Shown: positions 28,324 to 37,295 of the stretch, in pieces
Numbering within the stretch: position 1 is the first letter of the stretch
Layout: the number at the start of each line of letters is the position of its first letter
Source of the DNA: Candidatus Altiarchaeota archaeon
GTDB taxonomy: Archaea; Altiarchaeota; Altiarchaeia; IMC4; QMZM01
Direction: 5' to 3'
Assembly: GCA_016931955.1 (NCBI GenBank)
Contig: JAFGDV010000022.1
Coordinates: forward strand, 32,001-96,000
Length of the DNA: 64,000 nt
Program-made: the position numbers and the translations under genes
The notes under the pieces: model-generated
The model's input: only the letters and a program-made list of their open reading frames with translations
Databases searched by the model: none
Told to the model about the DNA's origin: nothing

Positions 28324-28500
28324 ATGAAAGCGAAACTAAGCATTGAGGAGGTCATACAGAAAGTAGAGGAAAGACCAGAGATACTTGACTACTTGCCTAA
28401 ACCGTATAAAACCTATATTCAGGCTCTCATGAGAGACAAGAAAAAGGGATACGTGGCTGATCCCAGAGGGAGGGCTAAGAAAGGCTCTCCCTCACCTTAA
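28324..28500 (+). CDS. 58-aa hypothetical protein
   Basis: GAGGAG RBS, ATG 28324, MKAKLSIEEVIQKV... Confidence 0.55.
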   Translation: MKAKLSIEEVIQKVEERPEILDYLPKPYKTYIQALMRDKKKGYVADPRGRAKKGSPSP

Positions 28501-28643
28501 TCCTTGCTTTCCGTGAGTTCAAGGTTTCCCCTCTCGTTGAACTCTATGTCTATCTTTTGTCCTCTTCCCCATTTCTTTGCTTTTACGACTGATTTGGGGA
28601 GGGTTAGGAAAAATTGTCCGTTTTGGCTTTCTTGCAGGATCAC
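28497..28643 (-). CDS. AbrB/MazE/SpoVT-like DNA-binding protein
   Basis: NGQFFLTLPKSVVKAKKWGRGQKIDIEF; GTG start after AGGT (start uncertain). Confidence 0.75.
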   Translation of the reverse strand: MILQESQNGQFFLTLPKSVVKAKKWGRGQKIDIEFNERGNLELTESKD

Positions 28644-28735
28644 TTTCTTAATACCTATAATTTTACTGATGATACTATATGTTTTTATACTTAAAAGCAC
28701 ATAAATAACCAAAGGGAAAATCCATAAAAGCTTTT

Positions 28736-28750
28736 ATCTCTCCCCCAGCT
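28736..28750 (+). repeat. attR core
   Basis: ATCTCTCCCCCAGCT, identical to the tRNA 3' end. Confidence 0.9.
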
Positions 28751-28753
28751 AAC

Positions 28754-28872
28754 ATACCCCTTTCTTTAGAGAAGAAAGGTGTATCAGCAAGACGCAGCGC
28801 GTCTTGTCTGAGTCGAAACCCTAAGGGTTTCGCTCATCACCCCAAAGAAAGGAATTCGCCATAATGCGAATT
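28754..28872. repeat. Four consecutive hairpins just outside attR
   Basis: ATACCCCTTTCTT/AAGAAAGGTGTAT; CAAGACGC/GCGTCTTG; CGAAACCC/GGGTTTCG; AATTCGC/GCGAATT. Confidence 0.7.
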
Positions 28873-28884
28873 TTATGTGTTGAT

Positions 28885-29490
28885 CTAGGACGTGATCTCG
28901 AAGGAGTCGATCATTGTTTCGACTGTGTTAAGGTATTTGGAGTATGTGTCCGCTTTTGCTGTGTAGGTTACCACGTATTCTTTGCCGTTCTTCAGGATGA
29001 ACACCTGCTGAGCCTTCAGCTTGTATGTGCCCTGCGTGAAGGTTATGACTGTTTTATATGCTGGATTACCTCCGACGGTGGTCTTCTCTGAGCTTATGAC
29101 TTCGAAATCTGTTATAAAGTTCTCGGCGTTAGCGATTTCTGAGTCATAGACTTGTTCGAAGGTGAGCGACTCATAGCCTATAGGCAGCCTCTCAACCAGG
29201 ATGCCCACATTCTCCTGAAGGTCGTCTGATTCGCTTTCAGGCGGCGATTTAAAAAAAACAACCGCCTCCATAAAGTCTTCCTCCTTTGACCACTCAGAGG
29301 GGTAATCAATCTTTATGCCGTATGTAGAAGACTCAAAGATCAAGAAACCTGGTGGCCCGGTTTCAGTTATCGTTGTCGTGGTAGTTGTAGTCGTCTTTCG
29401 TGTTGTAGTAGTCGAAGTGGTTGTTTCGTCGACGTCGGATACGCAGCCACAGATCAAAAGAACCAATAAGATAAGTGCAAGTTTTTTCAT
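28885..29490 (-). CDS. Putative lipoprotein: Thr linker plus PsbP/DcrB-like domain
   Basis: LICGC lipobox-like; YGIKIDYPSEW; TVGGNPAY; YVVTYTA; MIDSFEI. Confidence 0.8.
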   Translation of the reverse strand: MKKLALILLVLLICGCVSDVDETTTSTTTTRKTTTTTTTTITETGPPGFLIFESSTYGIKIDYPSEWSKEEDFMEAVVFFKSPPESESDDLQENVGILVERLPIGYESLTFEQVYDSEIANAENFITDFEVISSEKTTVGGNPAYKTVITFTQGTYKLKAQQVFILKNGKEYVVTYTAKADTYSKYLNTVETMIDSFEITS

Positions 29491-29538
29491 CCATGATCAC
29501 CTAAGTTAGGTATTTGGTATACTTCAATAAATAGGTGG

Positions 29539-29802
29539 TCAGGCGGAAACGATGACGCAGGAGAGCAGGTACCATACGAAGACGTCCACAAGCAGTGCGA
29601 TATAAGAGAATCGCAGACCATAAACGCTATCTGACATCTCAAACGTCATAGGTAGTCCTCTCACATAGGAACCCGCAGCAACAAGACCTTCATCCTCACT
29701 ATTTAAGCTCTCATGCTTAGGCGAGGACAGGATGAGCGCTAATAAGATAAAGACTATGATCTTCATCTTCCTAGGACGCAAAAACCCGTGCCAGTCCACC
29801 AA
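29539..29802 (-). CDS. Small 2-TM membrane protein
   Basis: FLRP.K.KI...RGLP...WYLLSC. Confidence 0.55.
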   Translation of the reverse strand: MVDWHGFLRPRKMKIIVFILLALILSSPKHESLNSEDEGLVAAGSYVRGLPMTFEMSDSVYGLRFSYIALLVDVFVWYLLSCVIVSA

Positions 29803-29875
29803 AGCAGAACACCTCCTCGAGCATCTATGAGATACTTTATGGGAGGATTAGGATAAATAATCCCACACACAGAAG

Positions 29876-30337
29876 TTACAGGCATGTGCCGTTTTCGCAG
29901 CCCCGTGAACACCTCTCGAAAGGCGTCGGCTCAGTGTCTATAGAGGCACCTGAAAATGAAATCCTCTGGATGCAGTAGGACTCCAGTTTCCCTGGCTTCA
30001 TACATATCGGCGTCACAAGGCGGATGTAGACGTCTCCTCTATAGCAGACCTTTTCTTCTATACGCTGTCCGCAGTCGCTGTTGATGAAGCAGGCAATAGG
30101 CAGAGTGGTTGTCGTGGTCGTAGTGGTCGATGTCGTTGACGTCGTGGTTATGGTCGTCGAAGTAGTAGTCGAAGTGGTTGTTGTTTCGTCGACGTCGCAT
30201 ATCTTATTGTCGTTCACGTCCAAACAGCATTCATTCCCCACTAGGATATAGGGCTTATTGCATACAATCTCTTCCCTCGCATCCTTCACGCAACCGCAGA
30301 CTAGGATGATGGACAGCAAAAGTATGAGTTCTTTCAT
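29876..30337 (-). CDS. Putative Cys-rich lipoprotein with Thr linker
   Basis: LVCGC; CNKPYILVGNECCLDVNDNKICD; Thr tract; C-terminal Cys domain. Confidence 0.75.
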   Translation of the reverse strand: MKELILLLSIILVCGCVKDAREEIVCNKPYILVGNECCLDVNDNKICDVDETTTTSTTTSTTITTTSTTSTTTTTTTTLPIACFINSDCGQRIEEKVCYRGDVYIRLVTPICMKPGKLESYCIQRISFSGASIDTEPTPFERCSRGCENGTCL

Positions 30338-30459
30338 GCCCTAACACCTACAATCTACTTAAGGAATCCAACCTAATAAGCAGTGTTTTATGATTTCTCT
30401 TGAATTCTCGCAAGGTTTATATATTATGGATACCTATAACCTAAACAAGGTGTTTGACT

Positions 30460-30615
30460 ATGAGGGACATCGGGAGATACCATAAACTCCCCTGGAAGGG
30501 GGGACAGATCACCATACGCAAGGATATCGCTCAAGCCCTGAACCTGAAAAACAAAGACAAGGTGCTGTTAGAGTACGACGAAAAAGCGGGGGTTTTGAAG
30601 ATAACGAAGCTGTGA
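30460..30615 (+). CDS. 51-aa AbrB/MazE-like DNA-binding protein
   Basis: Below the ORF cutoff; AGGTG RBS; KGGQITIRKDIAQALNLKNKDKVLLEYDE...LKITKL. Confidence 0.7.
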   Translation: MRDIGRYHKLPWKGGQITIRKDIAQALNLKNKDKVLLEYDEKAGVLKITKL

Positions 30616-30805
30616 TTCTTTATTCCACCAGGGGGATTGGATGAAGAACTCTTAGACTGTGATTAAGGGTATATGTTATGAAGGCTCTGCGATCATCAGG
30701 GAGGATCCTACAATATGCGACCTGATCCGATCAGAGAGCCAGAAAGACGAATGCTACGAGATGGTCTCAGAAGCTGGAGAGGACACACAAGGGTGAGTGA
30801 AGAAG

Positions 30806-31141
30806 ATGAAACAGTGGGTCCACGTGATACTGCAGGTGTTCATCTTTCTCTTGGTTTATTATCTGCTCGACCTAAAGAGCGCAGCCGTTGTCACCTCAGC
30901 CCACTTTATTCCAACAATAGACTTCCTCATGTTGAAGCTCGGGGTGCTGGGAGGAATGCACCGAAGATTGTTCCACAACATCTTCGCGGCAGGTATTGCG
31001 TCGCTCCTCTACTATCAACTATTCGGCCCCTTGATCGGTCTCCTTGGATTCTTGAACATGATATTTCACTTCGCCCTCGACCTCACAGGTAGGGGGATTG
31101 CGATCTTTTACCCCCTATCAGAGTACCGGCTGAGGCTTTAA
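30806..31141 (+). CDS. YdjM-like membrane metal-dependent hydrolase
   Basis: H, PTID, HRRLFHN, HFALD, GIAIFYP. Confidence 0.75.
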   Translation: MKQWVHVILQVFIFLLVYYLLDLKSAAVVTSAHFIPTIDFLMLKLGVLGGMHRRLFHNIFAAGIASLLYYQLFGPLIGLLGFLNMIFHFALDLTGRGIAIFYPLSEYRLRL

Positions 31142-31172
31142 TCCTTTTATTTCAGTGCGCATAATATCCTAT

Positions 31173-32156
31173 ATGAAGAATCACCTGGCTACTGCGCTTG
31201 TTCTGATGGTCTTGTTTTGCTGTTGTATCGGCGGAAACGAAACAACTACTACGACCACAACTACGTCGACGACTACTACAACGACGACTACTACAACAAC
31301 TACAACGTCGACTACTACGACCTCTACCTCCACTGTTCCAGTAGACGTTGAGTGTTATGTTAACTCTGACTGTGGCTTTAATGGATTGGATATGGCGAGT
31401 TATTATGCCTGCACTAAAAACAGGATATACAGCCAATACATAAGCTATCGGTGTGATAAACCCGGGACGCCGTACTCTGAATGCGTCGGTAAAATGAAGC
31501 AGGAGATAGTGAAGTCCTGTGTGGAAGACGAAAGATGCGTTGATGGAACGCCCTACTGCAGGTCCGCTGGGGGTTCATGGGAGTACGGGAAAAAATGCGA
31601 CGGAGATAACTGTTTGGTTTTAAATGACACACAGAACACAACATACAAGGGATACATGTTTAGGTTGAACTACTCACTATCATCCCCTGAGGGGATAAGC
31701 CTCTACGTCCAGAAACCTGGCCGGAGGGTTATCGAGCGGTACCTTATCTTATCCCATGAGGAGCTGATTGATAATCTGAGGGTTAAGCTGAGCTATGTTA
31801 GGATGCCAGACAATTACGCTGAGATCCTGATAGATCCTCCAAGGGTCAATATGACGACGCACGTTACTTTACCTTACTATAATCCCTGTGTTCCATCAAA
31901 CGCCTCAGAGCTCAGGGGCATGAACACCGAAGGCTATGATGTGGCGTATGGAAAATACGCCTTCAAGTTCAATAAGGTATATTACCTCGACGAGTATAGT
32001 GTTAGCAGCATAACACTGGGTGTCAGAAGGCCTGACAACTCCATTGAGGAGGTATCCTGCACCCCTAAAGTCAACTGTGGAGTAGATGAACTGCTAATGG
32101 GCGTATGCTGGGACAGCCGCTACAATGAACCCATAGTGTGGGTGAAGGAAAAATGA
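31173..32156 (+). CDS. Putative lipoprotein: Thr linker, Cys domain and two S-layer-like beta modules
   Basis: LFCCCIGG; Thr tract; YKGYMFRLN...ISLYVQKP; YGKYAFKFN...LGVRRPD. Confidence 0.75.
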   Translation: MKNHLATALVLMVLFCCCIGGNETTTTTTTTSTTTTTTTTTTTTTSTTTTSTSTVPVDVECYVNSDCGFNGLDMASYYACTKNRIYSQYISYRCDKPGTPYSECVGKMKQEIVKSCVEDERCVDGTPYCRSAGGSWEYGKKCDGDNCLVLNDTQNTTYKGYMFRLNYSLSSPEGISLYVQKPGRRVIERYLILSHEELIDNLRVKLSYVRMPDNYAEILIDPPRVNMTTHVTLPYYNPCVPSNASELRGMNTEGYDVAYGKYAFKFNKVYYLDEYSVSSITLGVRRPDNSIEEVSCTPKVNCGVDELLMGVCWDSRYNEPIVWVKEK

Positions 32157-32338
32157 TCGGATTTGTCCATAACACCCAAAATACTCATTTTTGGGTAACA
32201 TTTAAACCTGAAATCCCAATAAGGTGATACACTACTTCTTGATTCACACAGAGATCCCCATAGATGGAGAGCCCACTTCAGAAATTTTTTTCTTTTATAG
32301 CGCCACCCACTTCAAGCTCTCCGTCGGGGAAAACAGGT

Positions 32339-33418
32339 TTAGATCCAACGCTTCTTTTTGAAGTACAGGGACATTGAAACAGCTACGAGGATCATCACAA
32401 CCCAGACCGCAGGATAACCCCACCCCCAGTTGAGTTCTGGCATGTTGTAGGGAGACACTTTGGTGTTAAAGTTCATCCCATAGACGCCTACAACAAACGT
32501 TAAGGGGATGAATATTGTAGCGATGACGGTTAAGACCTTCATGACCTCGTTCATCCGGTTGCTTATGCTGGATAGGTAGATTTCCAGCATCCCAGAGACC
32601 ATGTCACGGTACGTCTCTATTGTGTCAATGACCTGTATGGTGTGGTCGTAGACGTCCCTCAGATAGATCCTTGTAGGCTTTTTTATCAACTTGGTCTCGT
32701 CTCTTTCTAGGCCGCCTATTATCTCCCTCAGAGGCCAGACAGACTTTCGGAGGATTATCATCGCCCTCTTAAGCTCATGTAACGCTTGCAGCGTCTCCGG
32801 CTTAGCGTCCACCACAAGCTCGTCCTCTATATCCTCTATATCCTCTCCCAGCTTTTCCAGTATCGCAAAGTAGCTGTCTACTACAGAATCTATCAAAGCA
32901 TATGCCAGGTAATCCGCCTCCCTACCCCTAACCAAACTCTTCTCCGTCTTTATCCTCTTCCTCAGGGAGTTGAACACATCCCCTTCTTTTTCCTGAAACG
33001 ATAGCACGAAATTATGGCCTAAGATCAGGCTGACCTGCTCCGCAGTCAACGCCTTTCTCCCTTCATCATAGAAGAGCATCTTCAAGACGATGAAGATGTA
33101 TTCGCCAAAGTCTTCTACCTTAGGGCGCTGGTCTGTGGCAACTATATCCTCCAGAACAAGGGGATGCAGGTTAAAGCATTCACCGAATCTCTCAAGGACT
33201 TTGACTTCGTGGAGACCATCCACGTTTATCCAGGTCACAGTGGGGGCGTCCCGGAATGGAAGGCACTCTTCCACACTCCCGACCTCTCTTTCCTGGAACT
33301 GCTCTTGATCGTAGTCTATTACCGTGATCTTCACCTTCTCGGTCTTCCGCTCGCCCACATGGATCATAGTGCCTGGAGGCAGACCGGCCTTCAAGCTTTT
33401 CCTGGTTCGTTTACCCAT
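32339..33418 (-). CDS. corA: Magnesium/cobalt transporter CorA
   Basis: GLPPGT, LHPLVLEDI, QRPKVE, YGMNF, MPEL.W..GYP. Confidence 0.97.
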   Translation of the reverse strand: MGKRTRKSLKAGLPPGTMIHVGERKTEKVKITVIDYDQEQFQEREVGSVEECLPFRDAPTVTWINVDGLHEVKVLERFGECFNLHPLVLEDIVATDQRPKVEDFGEYIFIVLKMLFYDEGRKALTAEQVSLILGHNFVLSFQEKEGDVFNSLRKRIKTEKSLVRGREADYLAYALIDSVVDSYFAILEKLGEDIEDIEDELVVDAKPETLQALHELKRAMIILRKSVWPLREIIGGLERDETKLIKKPTRIYLRDVYDHTIQVIDTIETYRDMVSGMLEIYLSSISNRMNEVMKVLTVIATIFIPLTFVVGVYGMNFNTKVSPYNMPELNWGWGYPAVWVVMILVAVSMSLYFKKKRWI

Positions 33419-33511
33419 TCCTTCCCTGTTAAATAAATGTTCAATCAACTATAAAACAATATTTAATTCCTTAATCCATATTTTCTTATCAGCTTGCTGG
33501 TGGATGCTAAG

Positions 33512-34075
33512 ATGATTGCTGTTGTAACCGGGATCCCTGGAACAGGGAAAACAACCGTAGCCAACAAGGCCATGGACCTGCTCCGGAAGGAAGGAATCGA
33601 CTATGAGATGGTAACCTATGGTACTGTTATGATCGAGATTGCTAAATCGAAGGGGATCGTTGGAAACCGAGATGATATGCGGAAGCTGGACTCCGAGACC
33701 CAGAGGATGATTCAGGAGCTTGCCGCCGAGAATATAGCTGGGATGGAGGGCAACATTCTGGTGGATACTCACTGCACCATCAAAACCCCCAGGGGTTATC
33801 TCCCAGGGCTGCCTGAGTGGGTTTTAAGGAAGCTTAAACCTGACGCAGTCATACTCATTGAAGCCACTCCAAAGGAGATATCCACTAGGAGAGGCTGCGA
33901 TAAGAGCAGATCCCGGGATGATGAATCAGTTGAATGGATCGCGCTTCACCAGGAGATGAACCGGAACATATCAGCAGCTTACTCCGTCTTCACCGGAGCG
34001 ACTGTGAAGGTGATACAGAATCCCCAAGGCAAGATAGAAGAGGCTGCAGAAGCCATGGCAGAGGTCCTAAGATAG
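33512..34075 (+). CDS. adkA: Archaeal adenylate kinase
   Basis: GIPGTGKTT, RDDMRKL, VDTH, GYLPGLP. Confidence 0.96.
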   Translation: MIAVVTGIPGTGKTTVANKAMDLLRKEGIDYEMVTYGTVMIEIAKSKGIVGNRDDMRKLDSETQRMIQELAAENIAGMEGNILVDTHCTIKTPRGYLPGLPEWVLRKLKPDAVILIEATPKEISTRRGCDKSRSRDDESVEWIALHQEMNRNISAAYSVFTGATVKVIQNPQGKIEEAAEAMAEVLR

Positions 34076-34076
34076 A

Positions 34077-34496
34077 ATGATCGAGATAACTACCGCAGGG
34101 TACGAGATAACCTTGATATCCGCTGTTATTGTAGTCATGAGTTCCCTCGTCAGGAGGGTCGTGATCGGCCAAGATAAGATGGATGCGATGAAAAACTTGA
34201 TGAAGGAGAAACAGGCGAAGTTTAAAGAGATATCCAAGTCAGGGGATATGAAGAGGATACAGAAGGCTCAGGAAGAGATGCTCCAGCTTACGATGGAGAA
34301 CCTAAAGCACAGCTTTAAGCCCATGCTTATCACATTTATCCCCATCATACTGGTCTTCGGCTGGCTTAGGGACCAGTATGGTTCATTGAATAATGTAGCA
34401 TCTTTGTTCGGATTTGACTTAAGTTGGTTTTGGTGGTACTTCATATGCGCTATGGTTATCTCATTAGTATTTAATAAGGTTTTGGAGGTGATTTAG
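34077..34496 (+). CDS. EMC3/TMCO1 (DUF106, Oxa1 superfamily) membrane protein
   Basis: TM, coiled coil, FKPMLITFIP, WFWWYF; canonical adkA-DUF106-rpl34e order. Confidence 0.92.
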   Translation: MIEITTAGYEITLISAVIVVMSSLVRRVVIGQDKMDAMKNLMKEKQAKFKEISKSGDMKRIQKAQEEMLQLTMENLKHSFKPMLITFIPIILVFGWLRDQYGSLNNVASLFGFDLSWFWWYFICAMVISLVFNKVLEVI

Positions 34497-34871
34497 ATGA
34501 CTGCGCCACAGTATAGGTCAAGGTCTAAGAAGAGAAGCAAGGTTAAGCTCCCTGGAGGGAAGACAGTAGTGCACTACAAACAGAAGAAGCCAGGCAAGCA
34601 CGTATGCGGAAGATGCGGTAAGCCGCTTTCAGGCGTACCGAACGCTGTCCCCTCCGAGACAAAGAAGCTCTCAAAAAGCGAGAAGATCCCTGAGAGACCC
34701 TATGCAGGAGTCCTCTGCACTGAATGCACTGAAAGATTATTCCGCTATAAGACAAGGTTTGAGGTCAAATACCGGTATCCAGAATATGCAGACCTCGCTC
34801 TGAGAAGAGACCTGACCATAGAGAGATATCTGCCCACAACGTGGTGGGATGGGTTGCAGAAGAAGGGATAA
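34497..34871 (+). CDS. rpl34e: 50S ribosomal protein L34e with C-terminal extension
   Basis: RSRS, PGG, CGRCGKPLSGV, PERPYAGVLCTEC. Confidence 0.95.
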   Translation: MTAPQYRSRSKKRSKVKLPGGKTVVHYKQKKPGKHVCGRCGKPLSGVPNAVPSETKKLSKSEKIPERPYAGVLCTECTERLFRYKTRFEVKYRYPEYADLALRRDLTIERYLPTTWWDGLQKKG

Positions 34872-34876
34872 GGGTA

Positions 34877-35089
34877 TTATTTTTTGACTAACAGATACGT
34901 TGTTAGAGCGAATAAGAATACTACAGCTGCAGTTGTAGCTATCTTCAACTCAAACGTTAAACCCGCCCCCTGTTCCTCCAAGAAACCCAGTATTGCGGAG
35001 ATGATGCTTCCAACCAGGAGTCCGCCGAAGAAGAGAATGCCTAAGAGGATAAAAAGCAGCTTAGAGAGTTCAGAAGGTTTCATCCTCAA
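34877..35089 (-). CDS. Small 2-TM membrane protein
   Basis: Two hydrophobic segments; overlaps the stop of the upstream gene. Confidence 0.55.
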   Translation of the reverse strand: MRMKPSELSKLLFILLGILFFGGLLVGSIISAILGFLEEQGAGLTFELKIATTAAVVFLFALTTYLLVKK

Positions 35090-37245
35090 TCTGGTAAATG
35101 CTGATGACGTCTGCTCACATGCCCTGAGTCGATCTTGAGTAAGACTTCTGATCTATCCCACTCCTCCGATGCCGCCTTGTTCTTCCTCTCCTCGTGGACG
35201 ATAAAGGCGATTGAAACAAACAATAAAGCAATGATGATCCACTCCATCTTTATAGTAAGCGACGACTGCTCTGATTTCTCTTCTTCGACCACTAATACAG
35301 CCTCCTCCGAGTAGCCGTTGATTTGTATGAGGTATCTCCCCGCCATTGTTGGACTGAATCTCATCACTGCGTTGGATCCTGCGCTATTGGATAAAGTATA
35401 TGACTTGATCTTTCCGTCGGGGTCTGTTATCAGCAAAGCCATCGCCTGCGCAGGATTAAGTACATTAATGTTTACGTATTCACCCACTGAACAGCTGTCA
35501 ACAACGTCGAGTGAAGGGCACTTCCCGCAGGATCCGCCGCAGTCTATTCCAGTCTCACCCGGGCCTTTGATGCCGTCTGAACATGAGGATGTCATGCAGA
35601 CTTGGTTGTGACACCATCCTGAGATGCAGCCAAGGTTATTGACGCAGAACTGGCCGTCTTTACAGGGACCGCATGGTCCGCCGCAGTCCACTCCCAGTTC
35701 TCTGCCATCTAAAACTCCGTTGCTGCAGGAATCTGATCCCTTGATTTCCTCTTTTTCTTCGGTTTTGTTTTCCACAACAATAACTTCCTCAACCTTGCCT
35801 GTAGTGTTACAGGGTGGACAGGATCCGCCGCAGTCTATTCCCTCCTCGCCGTTGTCTTGTATTCCGTCGCTGCAGCTGGGGCAGGGCTTGCAGGGTCCTC
35901 CGCAGTCCATTTCTTTCTCACATGCGCCGTCGTGGCAGTTTAGGATTCCGTCAAAGCAAGAGGGTACTGGCTTTGCTGTGTAGGGCATATAGCCACCTGA
36001 GGAGTCTTGCTTCCGCTTAGGCGGGGTATACAGTGTGGTTGTTGGAGGAGATGGGGGCTTGTATCCGTTGCTGAGCGGTAGATAGTCCATGTTTCCAGTC
36101 GACAGATTGTAGGGGAGGTCGCAGAAGCCGTCTTTGTCTGAGTCACTGCATGAATCGCTGTATCCCCCCGTAGAGTTCGTATAGTAGTTTCCCCCGATAC
36201 GGTTGCCTGCGCCGTGGATCCTTGTCCCATCCTGTTCAGTAGTGTTCCAGGTGTTGTTGCCAACAGACGAAGAGAGATTAACTGGCAGGGATGAGCCATT
36301 GATCAGATTATTGTAGAGGATATTGTTTTCAGGCACGTCTGCGCCAAAATGCTGTAGATAAATCCCGATACTTTGATTGCTCTTAATTCTTGAATTCGTT
36401 ATTATGTTGTTGTCCGAGTCACCGTATAGGTGGACTCCACAAGCTCCAGTATTTGAGGTTGATATCCTGTCTTCGGTCAGGTTGTTGTATGAGCTTTCAA
36501 TGTAGACTCCTATGCTCTGCAGACCTGTTGTGGTTATGTTGTTTCCTTTGACCGTATTATTGGTCGAGTTTTTGTAGAGTACTGCCCCATACGCTGCCTG
36601 ACCGGTTGTCGCTATATCATTACATTCAACCCGGTTGTTTGTGCTTTCGTGTAGGTATATACCATAGCCCAGGTAACCTGTTGTTGTTATGTTATTATTC
36701 GTTAGATTGTTGTATGAGCTCTTATAGAGTGAAATGCCTAGGTTAGTCTCTATGCCTGACTGGGTTTTTATGATGTTATCCCTTATTTGAGAATTTGTTG
36801 TGTTCTCTAGGTTTATCCCATTTTTACCGCGTGTTGTCACGTTGTCATTAGTTTCTATGTTGTTGTATTCTATCGTCGCCTGGGAGGCGTTCTTGAAGTA
36901 TATCGCATAGGAGTAATTGAAGCTTCCACCCTGCACGATGACGCAGTTTTTGACTAACACATTGTCGAATCCATCTGAGTTGTTCACTCCATATCCTGCC
37001 TGGCTTTGCGAGTAATTTATCGTGTTTCCTTGACAGTCTAGGGTTATGTTCTCTGCCATGATGTTCATGCAGGTTCCGCTGGAGTTCACGCTACCATTTA
37101 GGAGATAGGTTGTTCCGGAAACGTTAAGGTTTCTGCACTCGGAGATGTTCTCAGAGGCTGCTGAAGTCGCCGACAGAAGGGTAAGCACAGCTATAGAAAA
37201 CAGCCAAAACCGCCCAAATCCAACACACCCAGATCCAAACAACAA
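35086..37245 (-). CDS. Surface protein: NosD-like right-handed beta-helix, Cys-rich stalk, Ig-like domain and TM
   Basis: NITLDCQG, GIYL..S..N repeats, IGGNYY, DSDKDGFCD, repeated DCGGxC, TM. Confidence 0.85.
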   Translation of the reverse strand: MLFGSGCVGFGRFWLFSIAVLTLLSATSAASENISECRNLNVSGTTYLLNGSVNSSGTCMNIMAENITLDCQGNTINYSQSQAGYGVNNSDGFDNVLVKNCVIVQGGSFNYSYAIYFKNASQATIEYNNIETNDNVTTRGKNGINLENTTNSQIRDNIIKTQSGIETNLGISLYKSSYNNLTNNNITTTGYLGYGIYLHESTNNRVECNDIATTGQAAYGAVLYKNSTNNTVKGNNITTTGLQSIGVYIESSYNNLTEDRISTSNTGACGVHLYGDSDNNIITNSRIKSNQSIGIYLQHFGADVPENNILYNNLINGSSLPVNLSSSVGNNTWNTTEQDGTRIHGAGNRIGGNYYTNSTGGYSDSCSDSDKDGFCDLPYNLSTGNMDYLPLSNGYKPPSPPTTTLYTPPKRKQDSSGGYMPYTAKPVPSCFDGILNCHDGACEKEMDCGGPCKPCPSCSDGIQDNGEEGIDCGGSCPPCNTTGKVEEVIVVENKTEEKEEIKGSDSCSNGVLDGRELGVDCGGPCGPCKDGQFCVNNLGCISGWCHNQVCMTSSCSDGIKGPGETGIDCGGSCGKCPSLDVVDSCSVGEYVNINVLNPAQAMALLITDPDGKIKSYTLSNSAGSNAVMRFSPTMAGRYLIQINGYSEEAVLVVEEEKSEQSSLTIKMEWIIIALLFVSIAFIVHEERKNKAASEEWDRSEVLLKIDSGHVSRRHQHLPD

Positions 37246-37295
37246 TTAAATCCCTAATAGGATACTATAAGAAAACGGGAATAAATACTTTTGCA

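Larger units (their letters stand above)
19109..28750. mobile_element. ~9.6-kb integrated element (plasmid, provirus or satellite) at tRNA-Cys
   Basis: Flanking 15-bp direct repeat ATCTCTCCCCCAGCT; integrase next to the tRNA; primase-helicase; visibly AT-richer than the flanks. Confidence 0.93.

Noticed and set aside
30659-30799. Short frame with a C...KDECY repeat-like fragment
   Set aside because: No signal peptide or convincing start; possibly a remnant, too weak to call.
31240-31335. ACN-rich tandem tracts as VNTR or regulatory repeats
   Set aside because: They are synonymous-variable Thr/Ser linker codons.
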